DNA of 64,000 nucleotides from Octopus vulgaris (lineage: Eukaryota), in the NCBI GenBank assembly GCA_951406725.2, contig OX597822.1, positions 81,034,001 to 81,098,000 on the forward strand, read 5' to 3'. The notes under the pieces are model-generated. The model worked only from the letters and a program-made list of their open reading frames with translations, ran no database searches and had not been told where the DNA came from. A program made the position numbers and the translations under genes. Shown here piece by piece: positions 53,893 to 64,000 of this stretch; the stretch's first letter is position 1, and each line of letters starts with the position of its first letter.

Positions 53893-54292
53893 TTTTATTA
53901 TCGAGAAATAAATAAAAAATATAAGGTGATGAAAAAGCCCCTAGGGGCGAATTACACACTTCGAAATAGCCAAACGAAGATTTGGCTCTTCAAAATTTAA
54001 AAAAACTCCGAAATAAATTTTGTAAACAAAAAGACGACAATACGTTTATACGTTAGACGCAAAGAAACGCTATGCCGACATATGCAAATATTTGGAGAAA
54101 ACAAAATATTTGATATTAAAACAGGGATGAAAATGCTCCTAGGGGCAAAAATCCCCTAGGTAAAAACACACCCAGACGAGAGCTGGGTGTCTTGCACACC
54201 TTGTATGCGAAAATTTGAAACAGGTCTTATAAATAACACAATAATAAATTCGATAAACTTACGAGCCGACGAATCAGAACACACTATCAATG

Positions 54293-54334
<42 letters not shown>

Positions 54335-54455
54335 CTTCACATATATAACTATCCGTTCACAAACATTGATACGCGCAAACTTACCTACATATATACATAC
54401 GTAGATGTGTATAAATGTTCATACATATAAATATATAAATGTATGTACATACATA

Positions 54456-54501
<46 letters not shown>

Positions 54502-54893
54502 AACACACACACACACACACACATATATATACAAGCACACATTCATATATACATACAAACCCATATACATACATAACAATCAGGTTATTCTTCGACAGCT
54601 GTTTGTTTATTTATCCAACCAGTTGTCTGCTTATAGACATTTACCGATTCTTCACGCAGCAAGCATCAATCTGCTGTAGACGGAACTCTTTTGTTTCCAA
54701 GAATTCGCATTGCCTCCAATGCAGTTCTTTGACAGCAGAGGATTTCACAGAACACCCTACCATTACAATCAATGCTGTCTGTGAAATTTTTCTACATTCT
54801 TGCTGGAATCAATAGTGAAAATCTATAGACACGTAGCCGAGTGATGTCTCTCTTATGTGTGTATAATTATGTATGCATGTGTGTGTGTGTGTG

Positions 54894-54946
<53 letters not shown>

Positions 54947-55198
54947 CTGTGTGCATATGTATGCAAATATATTCTTCCAGCTGAAGACAATGGGAATACT
55001 AGCTGCAAATACCTATTCTCTTTGTAATTTATTTATTTATGTAGGCAATATGTTTGTGTGTGTGTAATGTGTGTGTGTGTGTGTGTGTGTTAACATGTGC
55101 AAGTTATTAGTGAATTAGAAAAAGTGGCAAGTCAGAATTTGTAAATAGACATATCAACCTTCATTATATATTGACTAAATGGTCTAAAAATAGGGTGG

Positions 55199-55253
<55 letters not shown>

Positions 55254-55255
55254 AA

Positions 55256-55318
<63 letters not shown>

Positions 55319-55620
55319 CATACATACATACATACATACATACATACATAGAAGCATGCATGCATATATACTGCAAGAATCAGAACTAAAAGAATTATAA
55401 ATATTAGAAAGCCTATCTCTGAGTGAAACTTAATCTATGCGTTTCACGTATAGAGGATGTATGGACCATTTTATATATATATATATGTGTGTGTGCGTGT
55501 GTGTGTGTGTGCGTGTGTGCTGCGTGTGAGAGTGTGTGTGTGTGTATGTATGTATGTATACATACATACATGTACTATATGTATGCTGTGTGTGTGTATA
55601 TATATATATACATACATACA

Positions 55621-55729
<109 letters not shown>

Positions 55730-55737
55730 GTATGTGT

Positions 55738-56110
55738 GGAGGCGCAATGGCCCAGTGGTAAGGGCAGCGGACTCGCGGTCTTAGGATCGGGGTTTCGATT
55801 CCCAGACCGGGCGTTGTGAGTGTTTATTGAGCGAAAACACCTAAAGCTCCACGAGGCTTCGGCAGGGATGGTGGTGATCCCTGCTGTACTCTTTCACCAC
55901 AACTTTCTCTTACTTTCTGTTTCTGTTGTACCTGTATTTCAAAGGGCCGGCCTTGTCATTCTCTGTGTCACGCTGAATATCCCCGAGAACTACGTTAAGG
56001 GCACACGTGTCTGTGGAGTGCTCAGCCACTTACACGTTAATTTCACGAGCAGGCTGTTCCGTTGATCGGATCAACCGGAACCCTCGTCGTCGTAACCGAC
56101 GGAGTGCTTC
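55738..56110 (+). mobile_element. tRNA-derived SINE, family C (tail type 1), full length
   Basis: Pol III A-box tggcccagtgg and B-box gtttcgattc. Near-colinear with the inverse copy at 5200-5580. Confidence 0.88.
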
Positions 56111-56174
56111 CACTTCCACATTTATGTATGTATGTATATATGTGTGTATATAAATACATATATATTCTACTATG

Positions 56175-56555
56175 TTGAACCGTTAATCCCAACACATTTT
56201 TTGTCTCTCCGTTTTTTCCGTTTCTCTTTTTTTTTTTGTTTTCTCCCCGTTTATCTCTCTTATTCCTCTCTGTCGCAGAGCATAAGCTCGAAAATTCGAA
56301 GACTTTCCACTCTTCCCGAGCACTAAAGTAACACCCCTGCTTGTTGTTCCTTCACCTGTCTTCGTCTTTTGTTTTCTGTAAATTTGAACTTCATATATAT
56401 ATATATATTCTTTATTTTCTTTATTATCTCTCCTTGTTTCTTTCTGTGTTCCATTCTGTGGAAGAGCGTAGGCTCGAAACGTTAAAAACTTTTTCACTTC
56501 CCGAACGTTATACTAATACACCTGTTTGTTGTCTACACCACCTGTCTTCGTATTC
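56175..56555 (+). mobile_element. Tandem pair of short Penelope-type hammerhead repeats
   Basis: Two related units with hammerhead-like motifs at about 56265-56298 and 56453-56486, separated by (TA)n. Confidence 0.7.
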
Positions 56556-57425
56556 TGCACATACAGAAACAGCCATAATGACAACCCAACATACCACCAT
56601 CATCAGCTGCCCCACAGATATCACTATTGTTTCGACACCTGTGCAGTATCACTCAATCTGGTGGTGTCAATACCACTAAAATTAGTGTTGTTTGGGAACA
56701 AACATACCTTGGATATCACGATATACATTCAATCTTAATTCTAGGAATGAGTAACCTCTAACATTATTAATTAAATCACAACAAAGAAACCACATTTACC
56801 CTATGTACAAAGACAGTATCGGTAAATTAGTTGTATAAGTAAACCTATAGCTAACTCCTAAATTATCTTACTAAATGGCAACCTGGCCATTGAAGTGCAT
56901 GCAGATAATATTCCCACCAGTTGTCCATAGTTATTAATATTAAAGTGAACACTTTTATATTCTATTCTTTCCAAACAAAAAGAAACTCGATTGAACTTAA
57001 CTAATAATATAACTAATTCTAATTAAAATATACTATTTCATAACCCAAAAGTTAATAATTAAATCACAACATACGTATTAAATATTTGTTATCCTTACAA
57101 GCTTTAATGTTAAACTCATACCAGTAATTTAATGGATAATACTAAACTATTCTTATTAAATAAGAAAGTAATAAAATGCATACCTATAATTAACAATTAT
57201 TTTTAAAATACCTGTTACGATTGAAGCTAAATATATAACTGTTTGAAAGATAATATAAAATAAAGTACTACCACTTGCATGTTATCAGGCTTTAACTGTT
57301 TGGTGGCGTAGTGCGTAGTCCACTATTTTCTCAAATGTCTTTAACTATTTTGGTGACGTAGTACGCAATTAAAGTGACTTATAAACAGTCCAAATATGGA
57401 CCACCTTCAATCCAAAACATTAGAC

Positions 57426-60400
57426 CAGTGGTTCTTAACTTGGGGGTGCGCTCCCCCTAGTGGTAATCAGCAATTTCCATGGGAGCGCGAGCCCTTAAAA
57501 AAAGCAGGAATTTCTCTATTTATATTTGTTGTTTTCTTTACGAGAGCATGGTCAAATAATGGGAAGTTTATGAAAAAGTTCAAAAGTGTCGCTTTATATC
57601 TTTAGTTTTCTTATTCTACTATCATAGCGCCGCTTACCATTTTCTGTACTTATTGACCCTACTTCATATTTCTCAAAACCCTCCACGAATTCTGAATTGT
57701 AGCTTTAACGCTTGCCTTTATTTTGTAATTGTTTTTGTTACAAGACTCAGGTTAAGAACCAGAACCACTGGCATAAAGCTTAGATATTATTATCGTGTAA
57801 AGACAAACATATTTTTTGGTCAATTGATTTATAAACAAGTTTGATCCACAGACGTGCTGAAACTTTATCTAATTGTTATTGTAACACACTAAGAAATATT
57901 AACTTAATTTTAAAAATTGAAAACTATTTTAAAATTTTAGCAAGATAAAAAGTATGATATATTTAAAAATGGGAAATAAAACAAAAGTCTGTAATAGATT
58001 CTACTATCGCTCAATTGAATAAAGTCTCAAAAACATTTTAACCACAGATTGGCAAAATACAAATTTTAACAATAAAACCAACATTTTTAATATTAAATGT
58101 TTAGTCATTTTTTTTTGTAAGAAAATGAATTGTAATATAAAGCCAAATATTAAACTAAAATTCAGATTCAAACATTACAGAAAGTACGTGGTAAAACCAA
58201 AAGCTATACAAAATCTTTTCTTTTTAAAAGAAACTATTTTAATATTTTCGTACAAATAAATATATTTTATTGTACAAAATTTTCCAATTTTTTTTTCAGA
58301 ACTTTTTACTCCAAGCGTTCTACCCTGGGCTAGCCTTCTAACTTGGGCTTTGACATTACCTTACACATGCATTATCTTTTGTTCGCATATTTGTGTTGTC
58401 CACTGCACATCAAATAATTCGCAATGAATGCAAAGAAACGGAAGTATCTTGACGAATATATTCTATTTGGATTCGTGTCCCTCCAAAAGGGTGACACAGA
58501 AATCCCCCAGAGTGTGATATGTTACAAAACTTTGAGCAATGATGGAATGCGACCCTCACGCTTGGAACGCCTCTTGAGGACAACGCATCCTGCACTTGCA
58601 GACAAGCCCAAAGCATTCTTTGAAACAAAATAACATTCCTTGAAGCAGGCTACGTTGGACGGTAGTAGAGCATTTCGGTAACAAACTTCAATTGTCGTTG
58701 AGGCTTTCTACAAGATCGCCATGTTGATTGCAAAGAGCAAAAAGATCCTTAACATCGGAGAGTCGCTCATAAAACCAAGTGTGCTCCATGCAGCAGAATT
58801 CATTCTGGGGAAAGACAGTGCAAACAAGCTTTCCCAGATTTCCCTATGAAACGATACAGTCAATGGAAGGATCGACGACTTGTTTCAAGACATCAAAGAT
58901 CAAATTCCCGACCGACCAAGTAAGAAATTCTCTAGTTTTTGCCATCCAGTGTTACGAAACGACTGACATCCCTCAATGTTCTCAGCTATTGGTATATGTT
59001 CGTTTTGTGTCAGGCAACTGTGTAAAAAGAAAATGTTGTTCTGTCACACTATGTATAGTTGTACAACAGCAGCAGCTATTTTTCATGCTGTACAAAACAT
59101 CTTTCGGGAAAACCAGCTTTCGAGGGATTCGCTGGTAGGAGTGTGTACTGATGGCGCTCCAGCCACGCTTTGGTCTGCAGTCTGGAGTCATTACTAGGGT
59201 GAAAGAAAAGATCATCTGTTGTAGGTACACACTGCATAATTCATCGTAAAACCTTAGCATTCAGAGCCTTACCTACTGAAATGAGAAATGTCCTGAACGT
59301 GGCTATGAAGATTGTCAACTTTGTTAAAGGTGGAGCCTTAAATAGTAGTCTTTTCAAAATGTTGTGTAACGATATGGAATCTGAACATGAAGCATTGCTT
59401 TTTCACACGAACGAATGATGGCTATCAAAGAGGAACATGCTTGGACGGCTTTATGAACTACGAGAAGCTGTACCATGTCTAGATTTGCAGCAGAAGACAG
59501 ATCTCCGTGACAAGTTCCAGTCTGAAGGCTTTCAGCTAATTCTCGATTACCTGGTGGACACCATGGAAATGTTGAATGCTCTCGACCTTAAACTACAAGG
59601 GAAAATATCAATATTCTCACGCACTACAACACCATTCGAACCTTCATGGCCAAACTCGGCCTCTAAAAATGTCGAATTCAGCAGGGAAATACAACCAGTT
59701 TTAGTTACTTGAATTCTGCTCCTCTCATTCACTGTAGCCTTGATTCTGAGTTAAAGAAGCAAATAATCACTCATCTAACTGACTTGAAAACAGAATTCAT
59801 CAGATACTCCCCAGACATAGATGAAAAGCGTGAAGCTTGGTAATTCACCAGGAACACATTTCAGTGTGAAGTGACAGATGTTTGGGATGAAGTGCAAGAG
59901 GAGTTGCTTGAGCTGAAGTTCAACTCTTCTGTTAAGGGAGACTTCAAATAACTGGATCTTGAAACATTCTGGATCAAGTACCTTCCTGTTTACCCTCTGA
60001 TCTCACATCAGTCTCTTCGGATTTTATCTATGTTTAGATCACGTATCTTTGTGAAGCTGCATTTTCCACGCTCGTCCCAAGTACAGAAACAGGCTGAACA
60101 CTGAAAGGGACTTACATTGTGCACTCTCTGGCATTCAACCACGCATTCAAGATCTTGTAGCTAAGAAGCAGTGTCAAGTATCTCACTAATAATGCGACTA
60201 ATTAATATTCAATAAAAAAATACTTTTTTGCTAAGCAGCAGTGTCAAGTATCTCACTTTTTGGATAATGTGATTATATATAAAATAGATTATACATATTT
60301 TGTATAATGTGACTAATTGATATTCAATAAAAAGATTAAAAACATACCTAAGATTTTATTTAAAATCTGAGAAGGAATTTTATTCATAGATGCAAGTGAT

Positions 60401-60450
60401 GGCGTTGATAGAAGGACAAATTCCTAGGGGAGGCGTGGTAGCAAAAATAT
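57426..60450 (+). mobile_element. Decayed hAT (Charlie/Buster-type) transposon
   Basis: Left TIR cagtggttcttaac with subterminal gcgctccccctag. A matching inverted subterminal ctaggggaggcg lies at about 60424, but the right TIR is lost. Confidence 0.75.
58424..60190 (+). pseudogene. hAT transposase pseudogene (Buster/Charlie/ZBED8-like)
   Basis: BED-like N-terminus 'KRKYLDEYILFGF...PQSVICYKTLSNDGMRPSRLERLLRTTH', then 'FAIQCYETTD', 'VGVCTDGAPA', 'THCIIHR', 'LLFHTNE*WLS' and a C-terminal 'YLCEAAFS'. Many stops and frameshifts. Confidence 0.9.
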
Positions 60451-60469
60451 TTACTAAGTTGAAGGCTGG

Positions 60470-61515
60470 ATATTACACCATATTCATTTAAAATTTCCAG
60501 TTTCCCACCTAAACAGCGATTAAATGTTTTAACTTATTTACCATATTTATGAACTTGTTCTACGAAATGTCGTAACAGTTTATTTATTTTTTCAAAAAAT
60601 CTGTTTTTAATGGTGCCATACCTGATAATCTGGCCTGAAAAGCAACATAACCTATAAAAGGAGGAATTCTACTACTGAACCATGACATTGAGGCTACTTG
60701 GAAACCAAAATCTTCTGTTTTATTATAAATGTCAGTACATATCTCATTATTATCGTTAATTACTAAATTGACCATTTAAATAATTAATATGCTTTATATT
60801 GTTACCATTTCTAGTGGCTATAAGCTCACTAGAATATATTCTTCTGAGTAAAAATTCAAAGAAACCATAATTAAGTATAAATATATCATCTATGTATTTG
60901 CAGCATCCATCAAGTTGTTTAAGCAAACCAAGTTTTTGCCTCGCTTATAGGTCTTTAAGAAAAAGGAACTCTACTGAAGAAAGGTAAATGTCCGCCAATA
61001 GATGGCTACAATTGCCATCCATTGGAATTCCTCTAACCTGTTGAAACACCTGACCCACAAACACTATAAACAAATTATCAATAATAAAACTAATCATCTA
61101 TTTCCTCTTTCTCTTATTTATGTTAGTATATCCCTTATAACAACAATTAAACAAGAAACCTCTGCCATTCTTGATAGATATACATTTATATCCTTTATTA
61201 AATATAATATCTAATATACTAAAAATACCTGCTTCTAAACATTTAAGATTGAGGTTTGTATGCTGCGTCAAAAAATTGTACACATACATACCCTTAACCT
61301 TTTTGCATTTAATCAGTCTTTCCAGAAATTCCTTAAGTTGATCTAACACTTCATAAATAATTAATTCCTGAACTGTTATAAATTTTATCAGACTATATTT
61401 TTTTTAATAAGTTCTAGATGTTTTTAAGGCATCATTAACCAATAGAGAAAGCTGTTTATTTGTACAATTACTAGCTCCTGTTATGAATCTACTTTTAAAA
61501 CGAACTTTATAGGTC
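60470..61515 (-). pseudogene. Penelope-like reverse transcriptase remnant
   Basis: Minus strand: 'RFITGASNCTNKQLS', 'VFQQVRGIPMDGNCSHLLADIYL', 'KYIDDIFIL', 'DIYNKTEDFGFQVASMSWFSSRIP' (compare PLE GIPMG.NCAPLLAD, YIDD, LYDKRDDF.F...P...SNIP). Confidence 0.8.
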
Positions 61516-61524
61516 TACATGCTT

Positions 61525-61932
61525 TGCCCCGTGCAGAAACTGCAGGAGTTACTCAGACGTTTTGCCAATCCTTTTAAATCCAATACAATGCTGGAAACCC
61601 TTCCGTATCACCAGCAAAAATTTCAAGGTCACAAGCGTTTCGCCCCTTAACCTGTACTCGACTACTCATTGAGTCTGTGGGGACTGGGTTAGTCTTCACC
61701 TACGGAAGGATTCCACTTGCGACCGCATATCAAACAAAGCCTTCTCGAGTTTATTTCAGCAGCCGTGTGTATCTCCCTGATGGCTTTCTTCAGCTGTATG
61801 GATTCCAGGCGTATCTTATGCTGGTAGTAGCGCACTGATCCTGCTGAAAGACCGCAGCAACCTAGCTCAATGGAGAATGAAGTTGCCTACCATCTCTTGA
61901 CAAGGTCCTCCTCGACTAAGTTCTGATATTTC

Positions 61933-61935
<3 letters not shown>
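61525..61935 (-). mobile_element. HERO/NeSL-type (restriction-like endonuclease) non-LTR 3' end
   Basis: 'KYQNLVEE...W*ATSFSIELGCCG...LKKAIREIHTAAEINSRRL' resembles the KY..L ... P.EVGCRG ... AAE..S.WLW terminus, followed by a 3' UTR. Confidence 0.6.
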
Positions 61936-61983
<48 letters not shown>

Positions 61984-62044
61984 TTTTTTTCAAGGTCTGA
62001 TCAATAAGTATCCGGACCCAGTTTATTGATATATCTAAGGTACT

Positions 62045-62250
62045 GAACGGGAAGAATCTTCAGCACCCCGGACAAAATGCTTAGCGCTATTTCGTCCGTC
62101 TTAACGTTCTGAGTTCAAATACCGCCGACGTCGACTTTATCAGTCATCCTTCCAGGGGTCGATAAAATAAGTACCAGTTGAACGCTGGGTCCAATGTAAT
62201 CGACTTGGTGCTTCCCACAAAATTGCTGGTCTTGTGCCAAAATTTTAAGC
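62045..62250 (+). mobile_element. tRNA-derived SINE, family A monomer (degenerate)
   Basis: acgttctgagttcaaatacc...gtcgac...ggggtcgataaaataagtaccag...ggtcttgtgccaaaattt. Confidence 0.7.
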
Positions 62251-62485
62251 AAATTGCTACACATGATTCCATACCACTTTCATTAATCAAGACGTTATTA
62301 ATTTAAATAATATGGCTAGGAAGTGAATGGCAGCGAAATGAATGGTAAGCGGTCTCTTTATAAATATAGAACTTAGGACCTGACTTGAACTCTTTTGATG
62401 TAAACTGCAAACACACACGCACATACAAATTGTCTCTCTCACATACATTCTCAGACGACAGCACAGGCACTTTCCCTACTTTTTT

Positions 62486-62530
<45 letters not shown>

Positions 62531-62906
62531 TCACACGCATACACATATTCGTATACGCACAGTCACTCACTTTTAATGTAATACGTTTCAAGACGCAACT
62601 CAAAATATCTCGATACAACTATAATCCAGTCTATTAATCAATATTAGTTGTATCGATCGGTTAGAAGATGAAAGATATTCGAATAAATCCTCCACCGAAA
62701 AGTGACTTTAGTACACATACTTAGTGATTCAGCCAAAACTGCTTTAATAAGTTCTGTAAAGTTTATATTACACTTGCAAGGTTATAATAAGGCCGGAACA
62801 TGTTCAAAATTGTTTTCTGTACTTGCAGAAATAATTAAGATAATAATAGTCAATAATATTGATGTGTTCGTCACCTCATAATTATTTCAAGATAGCTATT
62901 TACTTA

Positions 62907-63453
62907 GAAAATTGTTATTTTTAAATCTCACAACGAGAGATATTCAGCAACAGTACTTTGGAGTAAAAATTGTTTGCCAACATAACATGGCAGACCTGGT
63001 TTAGGACGAACGTTGCTGTAATTTAGCCCCAGGAGACGTCGTCTCCAGCTGGCTGTATGACACGATCAGTGTCCTTATATTTTCGAAAGTACTCCAAAGT
63101 ACTGTTACTGAATATCTCTAGGTGTGAGATTTAAAAATAGTAATTTTCAAATCTATAGATCAGTGACTAGTTGTCATTTTGAAAACTACATATTTCGAAC
63201 GGGAATTTGGCAGCGCCACCACTAGTCGAATAATTAATTGTTCTGTGTTGATGAAGGGAAATAACCCGGAAATTGCGATACACAGATATTGTTTTGAGCT
63301 GAGTGAGGGTGCTAGATTCTCTTGTTCGAAAACATAAGGACACAGATCGTGTAGTATAGCCAGCTGGAGACGATGTCTTCTGGGGCTAAATTACAGGAAC
63401 ATTCGTCCTGAAACCAGGACTGCCATGTTATGTTGGCAAACAATCTTTACTCC
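62907..63453. repeat. Interleaved inverted repeats (A-B-A'-spacer-B')
   Basis: A 62907-62965 is the reverse complement of A' 63090-63148. B about 62960-63088 is the reverse complement of B' about 63325-63453. Confidence 0.85.
63242..63286 (+). ncRNA. Candidate minimal type I hammerhead ribozyme
   Basis: TCTGTG-TTGATGA-a-GGG-aaataa-CCC-g-GAA-ATTGCGAT-A-CACAGA: 6-bp helix I, 3-bp helix II, near-palindromic helix III. The core is U3 instead of C3. Confidence 0.55.
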
Positions 63454-63544
63454 TAGCTATTTAATGTTTTCCTATCGGGTTATTATTTTATTTTATGCGT
63501 TTCAGTTCAATGGCTGTGGCCTGGCTGAGGCACCACAAGTGTAA

Positions 63545-63805
63545 TGACGTTTTCAATGGCCATTCTTTTGTGATTTGTGACTGGCTTTTGGTGAAGGAAG
63601 AACTTCGATATTACTGCTATCTTCTGAATTTCTTCGTGTGATGGTAGTTCATCTGGGGCCTTGGGCAGCTATTTCTTGAAAATCTCTACGCCTACTCCAT
63701 GTATATCCATCAGTTGTTTTGACAATGTATTGAATAGCCGTGAGCCCTTGACACTCAAACTGTTGCAGTACATGGTACTCATTCTAGATGGAAGCTTTGA
63801 TTGGT
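63545..63805 (-). mobile_element. CR1-clade LINE 3' remnant
   Basis: 'SRMSTMYCNSLSVKGSRLFNTLSKQLMDIHGVGVEIFKK*LPKAPDE' resembles the CR1 ORF2 C-terminus (NS....G.RLFN.LP ... FK..LD ... PDEP). Confidence 0.65.
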
Positions 63806-64000
63806 TAGAATGTTATGAACTTGTTTGTTGAAAAATATTTTGTTGTATCTAGGGAGGGTCATTATGTCTATAACATACACGTACACTGGTTATATTTCAC
63901 TTCTTTTATTATTTTTTAGTTGGCTGATGTATTTGACTATTTAACTAATTGATTGTTTGACTAAGCATCCGGTTAATCAATAAATCAATCAGTTATCTTT

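Larger units (their letters stand above)
47913..54292 (-). mobile_element. Near full-length Tx1/L1-clade LINE, inactivated by frameshifts and stops
   Basis: 5' UTR, CCHC ORF1, APE-RT ORF2, and a 3' UTR ending ...gtggctAATAAAagaaagt directly into (TATC)n. GATA repeats lie on both flanks. Confidence 0.92.

Noticed and set aside
55738-55812. tRNA-like sequence with A and B boxes
   Set aside because: It has no proper acceptor stem and continues into a repeated body present in several copies. It is a SINE head, not a tRNA gene.
58424-60190. Possible domesticated ZBED8/SCAND3-like host gene
   Set aside because: Numerous stops and frameshifts plus a transposon TIR upstream indicate a dead transposon copy.
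60160-60335. Local tandem duplication at the transposase stop (ctaag.agcagtgtcaagtatctcact twice)
   Set aside because: An ordinary slippage-type duplication within a decayed element, with no functional signal.

Overview
This is a eukaryotic, AT-rich, microsatellite-saturated intergenic or intronic window with no recognisable host-gene exon. The repeat repertoire suggests an octopus or other coleoid cephalopod genome (inference). Almost all short ORFs in the track are translations of (CA)n/(TA)n/(GATA)n tracts. The real content is mobile DNA: a near full-length but frameshifted Tx1/L1-clade LINE (about 47.9-54.3 kb, minus) sitting in a (GATA)n tract, and a separate ORF1-only relative with no ORF2 (about 39.7-42.0 kb, minus). 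Also present are a decayed hAT (Charlie/Buster-like) transposon, mariner and Tc1 remnants, Penelope-like (PLE) RT and GIY-YIG remnants, R4/Dong, HERO-like and CR1 3' ends, Helitron/Helentron-type non-autonomous elements, MITEs and three tRNA-derived SINE families. The most interesting signals are: (i) a possible Tx1-centred system of LINE + ORF1-only 'half-LINE' + SINE sharing the LINE 3' tail, possibly targeting (GATA)n; (ii) a family of short PLE-type repeats carrying minimal hammerhead-ribozyme motifs with a recurrent A6->U core change, plus two further hammerhead candidates; (iii) SINE heads joined to interchangeable tails. All assignments come from manual reading; no database searches were run.
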